DNA of 63,262 nucleotides, filler included, from Reclinomonas americana ATCC 50394 (lineage: Eukaryota), in assembly GCA_048213135.1 (NCBI GenBank). It is 12 parts of 12 records of this genome, joined end to end, with 100 filler letters (N's around TTAATTAATTAA, not from the genome) between each part and the next. Parts side by side here need not be neighbours in the genome. Positions count along the whole stretch, not along the records: positions 40,237 to 51,736 come from AFZH01018901.1; positions 51,837 to 54,099 come from AFZH01018902.1; positions 54,200 to 58,260 come from AFZH01018903.1; 9 more parts are not named here. One strand, written 5' to 3'. Below are positions 42,157-54,946 of the stretch, piece by piece (positions within the stretch are counted from its first letter, which is position 1; each line of letters starts with the position of its first letter). Under the pieces are notes generated by a model. That model was given only the letters and a program-made list of their open reading frames with translations, did no database searches and was not told the DNA's origin. Made by a program: the position numbers and the translations under genes.

Positions 42157-42498
42157 ATGGGCTTTGGCGACGGTGCGGTGTATGCACTTGGGAGGGGCAA
42201 GTGCGGACCTCTCACTCTTCTCTTCTCTGTGTGTGTTTGCGTGTTTGCAGACATTTTGGATCACTTGGGTGGTGTGGGCAAGGCCATTGAGACTGGCATC
42301 GACGTCGACCACACGGTGCACGACGCGAAGGACCACCACTGGTGGGATGGTGAGTGAGAAAGAGAGTGTGAGACAGAGAGTGTGTGATTCGCGTCATTCA
42401 TTCATTCGTCATGACACGCAGCGGCCAAGAGCGGTGTTGGCGCCGTGGTGAATGGCGTGGAGGCGTGGGGTGACTTCTCCAGCGGTGACTGGATCTAA
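42157..42498 (+). CDS. 63-aa three-exon orphan peptide (Asp/His/Trp/Gly-rich)
   Basis: Exons 42157-42172, 42251-42349 and 42422-42498, with phase-matched GT-AG introns, give MGFGDDILDHLGGVGKAIETGIDVDHTVHDAKDHHWWDAAKSGVGAVVNGVEAWGDFSSGDWI-stop. Confidence 0.65.
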
Positions 42499-42709
42499 AC
42501 ACACAATGCACAGGTGTGCCGTTTCCGATCGACAGTGGGCTTTTGGCGGCTCTCTCTCTCGCTCGCTCGTGAAGCAAATGAATTCCTCCCCCTTTCTCGT
42601 GAGCAAGCGGAGGGAGACGTTGACGGGAGGAGACTTGTGCTGCAACACAACGCATAGATTACATTGATGGGGGCAAGCTGTGGGCCCCCCTAAATTGTTT
42701 TTCTCCTCG

Positions 42710-45445
42710 TCAAGCGCACATGTTGCCGGGTGTGACGTGTGCGGGTGACGGTGCCGGTGGGGCGGATGGAGCGGCGGAGGCCGGTGGCGGAACGAACACC
42801 TCGTCAGTGCCCGGCACTGGTGACTCCTTGCCGTTTGCCGTGGACCGTGCGGGTGACACGGCGCGTCGAGATCGTCGCTTGTGGCGGATGACCAGGAACG
42901 CCACCACCAGTGCGACAATGAACCCGCCACCGACGCCCACGGTCGTGCCAATGATAATGGCATTGCGCTTGGTATTGGAGGACGAGGAGCTGGTGGTGGT
43001 GGTGGAGAGCGAAGAGTCGCATTGTTGCGACATGGAGGGCGGTGTGGTCGAGTAGCGGTAGGCCGCGGGTACCGAGGAGGAGCAGTAGGAGACCGACTGG
43101 CCAGTGCTGCCGCCGCCCGACGCCACACAAAAGGTACTCGAGTTGGTGTTGACAAACCAGCGGTCCATCATGCCCGTGTCTTCGTGGTACTGTATGTGAC
43201 AAACTACAATCAGACAGGGCAGAGCAGAGTGTGGGGAGAGAGGAGAAGAGAAACGCACCAGGAAGTGGCAGTGCAGGAAGATGTTGCCGCCCCATCGATC
43301 CAGTGAGATGCGGGTCCGAGTGGAACCAGCGTAGGCTGGAACCGTGTCGCGGAAGTCGCCCAGCGGACCCCACACAGTTGTGTAGGCGGTGGGATTCGAA
43401 GCGCCCGTCGAGTCGGTCACACTCAGCACCTGCAGTCGTCTTGTGAGTTCCCATAGCCTCTCGCGCTTTTTTTCTCTCACTCTTCGCTCACCTGGAACGG
43501 ATAGACGTGCAGGTGGATGGGGTGCGGCGTCTGTCCGCGGCCCTGGATGGTGAACTCCTCGACCGTGCAGGTGGAGCCAACGTGGCGGTACTCCATGGTT
43601 TCGGTGCCCCACGGCACATACGGGCACTCGCCGTATGTGTTTGGATTCGCAGTCATGCAGTCACGGCCGGTGCTGGTGACAGCGATGGTGGTGAGTCTCT
43701 TTCATACACAAGGCAGCGTGTGGGAGGAAAGAATGCTGACAAACCATTGCAGCGCGCAGTCCTTGCCGACGCCGAGCCACGCATGGCTGCCCGAGGTGAC
43801 ACCGGTTTGTTCGACTCCGAGCTGCCAGCTGCCGACCGTGGACGCACTGGTCAGATCGCGCAGATAGTACGGGCGCGTGATGCCGCTGGAAGTCCACGAC
43901 GGTGTGCTCATGCTGACGACCGAGCCGGCGACATTGAGCGTCACCAGATTCTGCAGGAAGAGAGCCTCGTAGTCGGCAGCTCGGCGCTGCGGGTTGCTCA
44001 TAAAGTAGTACGTGCCTGTGTGCGTCGTGAGTGAGTGTGTGAGTGAGAGGAGGTGGGGCGACGGCACTTTGGGTTGACAACAACTCACCCGCCGTGGAGC
44101 ACATGTAAGCAATGGACACACGGCCGGCCGGCGGTATCGGCACCATGGTCACATCACGCGGTCCGTTGATGAGGAAGATGCCGTCCTGCGCCAGCAGGCG
44201 CATGCTGCACGCCGACGATCCGTTGGCCGTGCCGGTGCGAATCTCCAGCTCGAGGTACACGTCGCCTACGGCATTGACGACCTCGAATCGGCGCCACTCG
44301 CCCGGTTTCACCGTCAGCGTCGGCTGCAGCTGGCCGTTCACCAGGTACACGTCGGTGAGATTGACAGTGCTGCTCAGGCTGAGGTTGAGCGAGAGCGGGT
44401 CGTTGATCTCCGTGCGCAGACTCGGGATCGAGATGATGCGGAACGGGTCGGTGGTCGGATTGCACGAGCACATGGCGGTGTGGGAGAGCACCAGCAGGTC
44501 CGATTGCATGGCCGAGTATGTGGCTGGCGGTGTCGAAGACGACGGCCAGTCGACGATAATGCCGCCCACCAGACCACCAGCCACGTGCAGTGTCGACGCG
44601 CCATGAACTGTTTACACAATGGCATGTCAGTGACAGTGGTGGTACAGCGACCTGTGAGACCGCGGCTCACCATGAGAGTGGTACCAGTGAGTGCCAGGCA
44701 TGTGGTCCGAGGGGATGCTGAACGTGTACGTGCGGCTCTCGCCCGGAGCGAGAATGACGAACGGATTGTCGACACTCGGATCCACGTGCTGCGAGGAAGA
44801 ACGAATTGGTGAGACGGACTCCCCAGCTCCTCTTGCGACAGATGCACGGAGAGGGGTCAGACGCACCAAGCCATGTGTGTGCACGTTGGCATAGTTGGGA
44901 TTCATCAGCATGTTGCCAGTGTGGGTTGTCGAGCTGGTGGTGTCGGTCGGCAGCTTATTCACCAATGTCAGTCTGAAAGCATGCGGATCAGCAGCTGGAA
45001 GGCGCAACCCCGGAAAGCAAAAGGCACACACTGCCTCACCTGACCGTGTCGCCCGGCTTGACAATCATGGTCGGCCCTGGAACCTGATATGATCACGATT
45101 GAGATATCTCCGCATGCACAAATCGGGCGCTTACCACACACGTACAACACTCACCGAGCAGGCGCCATTGACGCAGAACGCGCGCGTGTTGAACGAGAAG
45201 GCAGTGGCGTTCATGGTGTACTGCTCCACCGACATGGTGAACTCGAGGACACCATTGGAGGAGGTCAACGCGGTCGGCGCCTGCAGCGTCGGACCCGCAA
45301 TCACTGTGCTGCTGCCACACGCACTGGTGATGCCAATGCCGCCGTTGCCGGTGGTCGCCTGCGTGCATGTCACCGTCTGCGCACTGGCCGACAGCGGCAT
45401 AACGATCGCCAAGAGCACTGCCGCAGTGGCCAAGACCATATGCAT
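42710..45445 (-). CDS. Type I membrane-anchored multicopper oxidase
   Basis: Signal peptide; Cu motifs NVHTHGL, WYHSHVHG, HPIHLHV and LHCHFLYHEDTGMM; Ser/Thr stalk, TM IIIGTTVGVGGGFIVALVVAFLVI, basic cytosolic tail. Confidence 0.92.
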
Positions 45446-45769
45446 GTGCAATCTCCGAACGGTCATCACTCTCGCGATCGTTCACTCACTCTTCTTCTTT
45501 TCTCTCTCTCTCTCACTCACTCACTCTCAATCTGTATTCCCTTCTACACGGGAGTGCGCTGAACAAGTGGTGATGGTGGTCGCTTAACCTCGGCGCACCA
45601 ACACAAATGCAATCGAGAGAGAATGCGTCGCGAAGCCGACACGAATATGCTATCGAACGATTACATTGGATCTCAAATCGCCGCGCGTTGCAACGTTGCG
45701 ATGCAGAATACTGACGACCCGACCCGACCCGACCCGATACATATAATTCCCCGCTCAGCCTCTTTCTTT

Positions 45770-48700
45770 TCAATTATGATTCTTGCTGCCGTGGTGCGGT
45801 TCACCTCCGGATCCTTGCAACTGGCGAAGTTCACGCATGCGTTCCGAGGCGTGTCGCACGCTTTGTGCGAACTCGTAATCGCTGGTCTCCAGCCGCCTCC
45901 ACATGGCCACCAGGCGCACGTCGGGAAGCGTGGACAGGCTGTGGGGGTGATGGTAATGGCGGTGGTGGAGGTGACGGCTGAGAGCGGGTGACAGAGAACG
46001 AGAGGACTCGCGGGCTTGAGTTAGCGCCGTTACTGCGGGAGTCCTGCTCCGACTGCTGTGCAACAGGGCGTGATCATCGAGAGCGCGACCCCATTGCACC
46101 GCCGGTGGAGAATCCTCCACTGTCGGAGCCGGCAGTGGCGCTGTGGGAGGGGGTTCCACTGAGTGCCGCCGAGGAGAAGCCGGGAGACGAGGCCGACGAC
46201 AGAGGCGGGAAGGTGAGACCAGTAGAGAAGGTACCCTGCTCGCCACCAACACTGCTGCCGCCGCCGCCACCGCCGCGCAGCTGCGGACTGCCGCTGGTCA
46301 GAATCGATGTTATGCCGGCGTGTGCCGACGCCGGCGCTGGCGACATGACTCCGGCCGCAGCGGAGCGAGGCGTCATGCGCGACTGCTGCTGCTGCAGCTG
46401 CAAGTGTTGTTGCAGCTGGTGTTGCGTCAAGCGCGCCTGTCGCGAAGACAGCTGCTCGTCGAGACGACGCGGAGTCTCCATGGTCAAACTGGACATGCGC
46501 TGCATGGCCTCGTCCAGCTGCGCGGCCAGCGACGAATCCGATGGCAACGGCCCTGGATCACTTTCACCCTCCGGATACTCAAACGCTGTCGTCGGCGAGT
46601 CAGTCACGTGCAGCAAGAATGCACAAGTAATGAATCAACAAAACCTCGTGTGCGATGCTTGGCCTTCATCAGCTTTTGCTGCGCGGTGGTGCCCACCGGA
46701 TACGCCGGAGCAGGGCCAGCTGGACCCGACTGCGATGTCGTAATCAGTGTGCCGGCAGGTCGCCGACGCACCGGTGCGGCACGAATGGTAGATGCCCCAG
46801 GCGCCGCGGCCGTTGCCGTTGCCGTTGCGGTTGTCGTCACCGCAGCGCCGGATGGCGTGGTGCCGCGTGACGAGGACTGAGAGGCTCCGGGTTTGGTACC
46901 GCGAGAAGAGGTTCTGCATTTTTGTGCACAGCCAGACAGACAGACGATTCGTTGAGGGCTCACTGGACACTGCTCTTGGTGCAAGTCTCGTCACGCACCT
47001 CAATTTTGGTTTCTTCTTGCGATCCTTTTCTCCAGTCTTCGATCGAGAAGAGGCACTGTCGCCACGATCGGTGCCGCGGTCGGCGCCCGTCGAGTCCCCT
47101 GACACGGACTCGGTGTCCGACTCGTCCAGATCCTCTGTCGCACCAATGAACAGTCAGCGACTCCACACAACACACCCATTCTTCGTCATCTCATGACACT
47201 GACCAGAGTCTCTCGATTCACCCCTGCCGGCGTCCGAACCGCCTCCATACGAGTCCCTCCACCGCAGTGATGTTGACACGTGCAGTGGCGAGGAAGGCGA
47301 CTGTGCGACACACACCATATGTTAGACGAGGAAACAAATCAATAATCAATAACATTACATGTCCACAGACCGGCTCAATGGTCAGCGCGCCACCATGCGC
47401 TCCGCGTGTGGCAGAGCCGGAGGCGCCCGGCGGAGGCGGGCCTGGTCTTTGCACCAGTCGATCTGCAGTGCCCAGTCCGTCACAGAGGAAACCAACATGA
47501 AACAAACATCAATTGTCACCCACCATCTTCGCTGACGGAGCGCGCAGTCTCACGAGCCGCACGCTCCTCCGGTTCCCAATACTCGGCTTTCGAGAAAAGA
47601 AAACACACACAGCGGTCAGACGCGATGCGCTACGTGGAGAGCACACATCCAGGCACACCTTCATCCTCCTCTTCCTCCTCCGCCTCGTCCTCCTCGTCCA
47701 ACTCTTCGTCCTCGTCCTCCTCACCATCGTCCTCATCGTCGTCCGACGGCAGATCAAACTGAATCACGTGCTGCAGCGGGTTGACCAGCAAATCGAGGTG
47801 CGGTGATGGCACGTCGCCTCGTGGTGCTTCCACTCCACCCAGCGACCCGGAGGCACTCCCACCAATATCACCACCGACTGCTCCCTGTCGACTGGAAGGG
47901 CGCGACGACACACGACCCACTGCGGCACGGAGACGCCACACAATGCATCAGACAGCGTTGTGCGCACAACAAACGAATGACAACGAACATGCTTCGGCAA
48001 CCGACATGCGAGTGGAACCGGCTCCGTTGGAAGCCGTGGCGGCGGCAGAAGATGCGGCGACAGCGGCGCGCAGCTGGCCCTCCAGCTGGAGCACCAGTCG
48101 CTCCTGCATGTCGGGCGACATGGGACCCGGTGGCCCCTCGGTGCCACGCACTTCAATCGTGCGGATGCGCGCACTGGCACCGAGAATGAACTCATTCGAC
48201 ATGGTCGCCGCAGCCTCGTCGAGCTCGGGCGTGTCGGAGACGTGCTCCGGCGGAAACAAGTGAATGTTATCGGGGATTTTGAAGACGAGAAAGGAGAAGA
48301 ATTTGCTCCCCTGCGTTGCGCTGAGGTAAGAGACGCACTCCCTCGCAGCAAGCGAGCAATGCAGAAAACGCGCAACATCCGTGTTGGCACTCTCCAGATT
48401 GCAAGAGATGCGGGGTGTCAGCGTGCGCTGGTTCAGCAGCGATAGTGGGTTCTGCGAGCGACAAACGCGGTGATGAGGACGGAGAAGCAAATCCTCCACT
48501 TCCGCCGACACGAACCGTGTGCTTGGTCATGCGCATGACCATGTCACTGGAGTCGACGGGACTCGTGGGCGACGTCACAGTGGCACTACTGGGTGAGCGG
48601 TACCGCGACGCAGTCGGCGTTGTGGTCGCCGGCGCACTGTCCATGGCGGAGAACGCCGCCACGTAGCGCTTCTGAATGTCGAGGTAGATGTTGGTGGCGA

Positions 48701-49757
48701 TTTTCTTAATGTGCTGGAAGCGCAGCAGACGGGCTCCTGTGCCATGGAAAGACGGTGAGTCACTTTCACAGAGAGGCGAATCGCAGCGGCCGACCAACCT
48801 CGGTAGAGGTCCCCGCGGCCTTCGGTCAGGATCTCGTTGATGGTGCGCGCAATCTCTCGCATGTGCACACACTCAAAGTCGTCTTGCGACAGAAAGTTGG
48901 GCACGAGCAGCACGAACGGCGGCATGGTCGCACGCTTCGGTTGATGCATCGGCACACAGGTGACAAAATGCGCTCCGTACAGCACCGTGTCGTCGGTGAG
49001 GAGTCGAGTGCCGACGCGCACACGAATGTCGGCGTGGTGCAGGTTGAGTGGCGCCACAATCATCACCCGCCCCGTCACCTCAAACGGCGGCAGGTCGTAG
49101 TCTTGGTAGATCTGGGCGACAGGAGATGATGAGAGGAAGGAGAGGAAGGAGGGAGAAGGAGGAGTGACAAGTCGCGACCTTTTCAAACGACATCATGCAC
49201 GGCGGCACTGCCGACGGGTTACACATGACATCGCCAGCGTACACACGATCCACCAGCACATCACGCGCTCGCAGCTCCGACACAATCGGCGCAATGTGCG
49301 TCGCCGATCGTCGCGACACCAACACCAACACAAAGCTTCGCGACAAGAGCTGCATGCCACACACACTGTGAGCGGCACACAAGACACAACGAATAGAACA
49401 GACAAGCAGACATGTACGAAACGCGCAGCTCCTCCGCAGCACCCGCACGCAAGTACAACGACGGCTTCTCCTCGCGCCAAAAGTGCAGTTTGGTGAACTC
49501 CCCAATGACACCTTCTCACACACACGCACAGTGAGCCACTGCACACACAGAGAGAGAGAGAGAGACAGAAGAGCAGCTCTCACGTGCCTTCCACCACCAT
49601 GATGAGCAGCGGGCGCGGTGGAGGCTCAACCGCCGAGGCTGCACACACACGCGCGCGCGAACGTCAGTGAATGAACAAGACGCACAGACAAGCAGTAGTC
49701 ACGCTCTGTGCGTGTCTCTCTCTCACCCTCACCGCCTCCGCCTCCTCGCACACTCAT
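45770..49757 (-). CDS. Large hypothetical protein with a degenerate HAD/FCP1-like N-terminal region and low-complexity C-terminus (exon structure and 3' end uncertain)
   Basis: A chain of same-strand exons; LLIMVVEGT..LYLRAGAAEELRLLSRSFVLVLVS resembles FCP1/NIF motifs I-II. Confidence 0.4.
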
Positions 49758-49825
49758 GGCGTGAGAAGAGAAGATGATGGACGGAAGAGCGCGCGAAAAT
49801 TTGTAATATAAAAACGACGACGCAG

Positions 49826-51261
49826 ATGATGTTGTTGCGCGGGCAACAACGAGCTCTCCTTCTGCTCATCACAATCGTCGCCATCTGTGTCGCATCTGCA
49901 AGTGCTGCCATCAAGCCTCCACTGCACACCTCCGGACGCACTATTCTCGATGCCAGTGGCCAGCACATACGATTGTCATGGTACTCTCAGTCTTGATCGT
50001 TCTCCCTCCGCGCGCTCACCATCGCGTCAGTGTCAACTGGTATGGCATGCAACTGTCGCGGTATGTGGTGGCTGGTCTGGAGCAGCAACCGCTGTCGGCG
50101 ATTGCGGCGACAGTGGCACGTCTGCAATTCAACTGTGTGCGCCTGGTGTTCTCGCTCGAGGCCATCGACAAGGGCATGACGCAGGTCGCCGATGCGCAGT
50201 ACCTCACGGCCAATCCGCAGCTTGTCGGCTCCACTGTCATGCAGGTCATGGATGCCACGGTCAAGGTGTGTGTGTGTTGTCTTGTTTGTCTTTCTATTTC
50301 TCCGCGTGCGTGCTGATCGCGACGCATGCAGGCACTGACCGACGCGGGCGTTATGGTCATTCTCAACAACCACAACAGGTCGGGGACGGAGTGGGGGAGT
50401 ACGCCACTCAGTGGACTCGCTTTCGTTGCTCATTCTCTCCCTTTACAGCGATGCTGGATGGTGCTGCTCGCTGACCGACGGCAACGGGTTGTGGTGGACC
50501 AAGAGCTACCCGGAGGAGCAGTGGATTCACTGGCTGGTCGCGCTCACGCAGCGGTACCGCAGCAATCCACTGGTGGTCGCGTTCGACTTGCGCAACGAGC
50601 TGCGTGCCGTGGAGGTTTGTGTGTGTTCCATGGTCGCCGACTCACAGTGTCACCGCTCACTGCTGCTGTCGGCAGGATCCGACGACCAAGAAGACGCTGT
50701 ATACGCCGACGTGGGGCGACAACAACAAGCTCACCGACTGGGCGGCGGCAGCCGAGCGTGCAGCGACGGCTGTGCTGGCCGTCAATCCCGACATGTTGAT
50801 CATTGTCGAGGGACTCGACTATGCCCTCAACCTCACGCCGGCGTGGCGTCGACCGATCCAACTCCCGCACCCCGATCGTCTCGTCTACTCGGCGCACAAC
50901 TACAGCTGGGATTTCCCCGCTGATAACTACGACTTGTTCCGCGCCTACCTGTTGCGTGACTTGGGGTTGGAGTGATCGTCTCCACACATCATATGTCTCT
51001 CACGCATGCACAACACACAGGATTGAGCAGTGGGCGTACTTGGCGACCAACAACACGGCGCCAGTGTGGCTCGGCGAGTTCGGCACCAACGAGCAGGGCC
51101 CGTGGTGGTCCAACATGATGCGTTTCCTCAACGAGACCGGCATCGACTGGGGCTACTGGCCGCTGGACGGTGAGGACTCGTACGGCATTCTGCAGGCCGA
51201 CTACAAGACGGTGCGCGACCCGTGGAAGGTGGCCGACCTGCAGAGCATCATGCACCCGTGA
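49826..51261 (+). CDS. Secreted glycoside hydrolase family 5 (cellulase-like)
   Basis: Signal peptide, CVNWYG, FNCVRL, VILNNH, DLRNE (acid/base), YSAHNY, PVWLGEFG (nucleophile) and WGYW. Confidence 0.92.
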
Positions 51262-51836
51262 AAAGAAAAACAACTCACCAACGTGAGTGTACTTTCGTTT
51301 CCTAATCATTTCGTCGATTTTTTTAATTCTCGCCCGCATGATGCGACGAAAGAGGGGAAAACAACAACAACAATGCAAAGAACGCTCCAAGCCATCCATC
51401 CCTCGTGCTCGATTACATACGTGTGGAGCTGTGTGGCGCGTGTTGGTTGCAGAGTGGAGAGGGAGGAATCGTGTTGTGAGCCGAGACGCAACGATGACGG
51501 CTTTCGTGGTTGCTGCGGATAAGCTGCGATTTCCCCGTATGTTGACGATCTGTACAGAGTGACCCTGAGTGAGTGGACATGCGATTGTTTTCCCCGCAGG
51601 AGAGACGGTGCACGGAACCGGACGGGGTGACTGGGTTGTGAGCTGTAGCCCTCGCCGACGCGAGACGTGCGAGTGGGCAGCAGCTGACGGCCCTCCTCCT
51701 CCTCCTTGTACTCTGCGATGATGGTCAGCAAGCGAGNNNNNNNNNNNNNNNNNNNNNNNNNNNNNNNNNNNNNNNNNNNNTTAATTAATTAANNNNNNNN
51801 NNNNNNNNNNNNNNNNNNNNNNNNNNNNNNNNNNNN

Positions 51837-52330
51837 CGCGGCCAAGCCACCCGCAGCCGCACCGAGCGCAAACAGGCCGACCTGCACGAGGAAGTACAGC
51901 AGGAAGCCGGCGCCGATGCCGACCGCTGCCGCAATGGCGATCTGTGTGCGGGGGGGCATGAGCTGGTGGTGGACGCACAGATGGAATGGCAAGACAAAAA
52001 AACGCAACCGACGGCCACGTCGCCAGCGAAGTGTGCTGCCGCAACACCATGTACATGCCGCCACCCGCCGCCGCCGCGCCCACAAAGAACAGCAGCCACT
52101 GCGAGCGGGGAGTGCGTGAGTGCATGGAGAGGGAGAGAGACTGAACGATCAATCAACAGCGTCGCAACTCGGAACAGGCGATAGCCAAACAGGCAGAAGA
52201 TCTGTGCGGGTGGAGGGGGTAAGAGACGCGACTTGATGAGCAGCAAGTGAGTGGAAAGAAAAGAGACAGACCAGGCCAGCAATGATGCCGAGCGCCGCAA
52301 AGATGCCTGTGAGAGCAATTGATTCAATCA
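51837..52330 (-). CDS. TMEM198/TM7SF3 (DUF4203)-like multipass membrane protein, partial; tail probably at ~51500-51736
   Basis: IFCLFGYRLFRV, followed by successive Gly/Ala-rich TM helices. Confidence 0.65.
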
Positions 52331-52850
52331 GCACACACAGCACAATCACCGATGCATCGCAGCGCAAAAATATAACACACACAGAGAGAGAATCACACCC
52401 ATAACAACAGTGTGTCTTCTATGTGTGTGTGTGTGTATGAGTTACGCAACCCTCCTCCACTGTCAGGTCTGAAGAATCGCAACGAGAGAGAGAGAGTCAT
52501 GGGTGAGACATCTCTCCACACAAACGAAAACGAACAAGACAACGCACCATATGCCGAGGCCACTGTTTGTAGGCGCGAGACAAAAGAGAACAGTTGCCAG
52601 CAGAGCGGGTGTGTGTGAGAGAGAGTGAGAGAAAAACGACAAAAACGAAGTTAGCATGAGACGAGTGAGTGAGTGAGTGAGAAGGGAGAGCGAACCGTGC
52701 CACATGAACGGCAACACGGCCGCTGTGTGCGCCAAGTTTTGCACGAGTCCGCCACCTTGCTGTCGCACCATTGTAACAAAGTCAAAAAAACAAACAACAC
52801 ACACGACGGAAAATTCGCACCGCGCACTCACTCTGTCACACTCGCGCACA

Positions 52851-53544
52851 ATGTTCTCCAACAGACACGAGCGACACACCGTGGCCACTGTCGGCTCCTC
52901 CTCATTCTCATCCTCGTCGTCTGTGCTGGCGAATCGATCGCAACTTGGTGGACTTCTCTCTTCTTCCTCTTCCTCCTCCAGTGCAGCCAGTCGCTTTGTT
53001 CCGCCAGCGGCCTCGTCGGTGGTGGGCGTCGTGGATCGCGACCGCACGCCCGCAGAGATCCTGGGACGCGTGCAGTTTGCGTTTGACGAGCTGCGAAGTT
53101 ACGCGCATGCAACAGATGCATCATTCGCGTGCGTCGCTCACTCACAGGAGCGTGCGTTACAGGCAAGTATGCGCTGCTGGAGGAGGAGAATGCGAGGTTG
53201 AAGGTGGAGGCGGAGGTGCTGGAGAGCGAGTGTGCGTTGGAGTCGAGGACGCGGTTGGAGCTGGAGCGAGTCATGCGGGCGCAGACTGACGAGGTTCTCT
53301 CTCTCTCTCGCTCGTGTGTGTGTGTGCGCGCGCTTGCTCACTGTGTGCGTAGATTGAGTTGCTGCGACGCAAGCTGGACGATGGTGCGCGCGTTTGTTGC
53401 TAAGTTTGGTTTTGTTGGCGATCTCATGTGCGTGTGTCATGGCATGCAGAGGTGCGCAGTCGGAGTGAGCTGGAGGAGTTGCAGGCGCGCGCTCGCGCGC
53501 TGCTCACGTCGCCGCACAAGCGCTAACGCGGGGCTGGTTTTTTA
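52851..53544 (+). CDS. Small hypothetical coiled-coil protein
   Basis: Spliced FDELRSKYALLEEENARLKVEAEVLE..LELERVMR heptads; intron 53098-53162; both ends uncertain. Confidence 0.45.
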
Positions 53545-53702
53545 ATCTCTTGTTGTGTCACTTTTTTTTATTCTGCTCTTTGGTGTTCTTCTCGTCGCGC
53601 GCCTTGGTGTGGCGGCGGCGTTCAATGCACGCGCGCACGCCAATTGGTGTTATCGGCTGTTACAGCTCGCCGCATTCTGTGATCTGTGGCGAGGGGGTGT
53701 GA

Positions 53703-53770
53703 GGGGAAGGAGAAGGGAGAAGGGGAAGGGGAAGGGGGAAGGGGAAGGGGAAGGGGGAAGGGGAAGGGAG
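53703..53770. repeat. (GGGGAA)n-type purine tract
   Basis: Visible tandem GGGGAA/GGGAA units. Confidence 0.85.
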
Positions 53771-54000
53771 AGCGAGAGAGGTGGAGGGGGAAAGAAGGAA
53801 AGGGCATGCATGACGAAGGGCAAAATGAAAGGAGGGCGACTGGAGAGAGAGAGAGACGAACAGAAACAGCGATCGTGCAACACAGGCAATGCAAGGAGAG
53901 GCAGAGGGCGAGAATGAGCGTGACGAAGGGCGAGATGGAAGGCAGATGGCTGAGAAAAGAAACAGAGAGAAGACCGCGCGAGGTGCGACAAGCAATCCGT

Positions 54001-54004
<4 letters not shown>

Positions 54005-54099
<95 letters not shown>
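54005..54099. repeat. (AG)n microsatellite at a contig end
   Basis: More than 45 consecutive AG units running into the gap. Confidence 0.97.
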
Positions 54100-54199
54100 N
54101 NNNNNNNNNNNNNNNNNNNNNNNNNNNNNNNNNNNNNNNNNNNTTAATTAATTAANNNNNNNNNNNNNNNNNNNNNNNNNNNNNNNNNNNNNNNNNNNN

Positions 54200-54909
54200 T
54201 GCAAAGCACGGGATTGTCATGCAAAGTTACGTAGGTGTGCGCGTGGAAAAAATGCAACCATGCGCACCTGTCTCGGAGTCGGGAGACGACGCGCGCTTAG
54301 GAGCGGCAGCGGAGGCGGCACCTGCATTGACACCGGTCCTTCGCGGGACGCTGGTGGTCTTGGTGACGGAGCTGCTTCGAGCAGGTCGTGGCTCGCGGAC
54401 CTGTGCACGCACGTTTCGGTGAGCAAAAAGATTGACATGTGATGCGGCAGCGAACCAGCACGAACCCTGTTGCTGGCGGCCATGGGTGATGGTGATCGCT
54501 GTCGCCGTGCATTGGCAGCCAGTGGTTGTGGGAGGCGTGCTGGTCTACCGAGAACAGGAGGCCGCGGGCGTTGTTGACTGAGAGGGTTGGATCTGTTTGG
54601 GCTCGCATTCCGCGGCTTAGGAACTGCGCGCGATCCACCCCCTCGAACAAGTTTTTTGACTCTCTGCGCGCACACACACACGAGTGAGTGTGGAAAAGGG
54701 CGACACACAAGAGCGTCTCTCGTTGGTGTACGTGGGCGCAACTTGCTCGGTGATACCGACCGGGATCGTGGGGCCGGTTGCGACGCTGTTAACCAGGGTT
54801 TATCGTACGGACGCTGCGTTCCCGTTGGCTTGAACGGATAAAACATCTGCAACAGGCGCCATGCAGTAGTAGCAGCAGTCAGCATCCATGAGACGCTAGA
54901 GGTGGCGAC

Positions 54910-54946
<37 letters not shown>

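Noticed and set aside
42157..51261. Oxidase + GH5 + peptide as a functional gene cluster
   Set aside because: An unrelated gene intervenes, orientations are mixed, and there is no evidence of co-regulation.
53555..54155. ORFs with ER/EG repeats
   Set aside because: These are translations of purine tracts and the (AG)n microsatellite.
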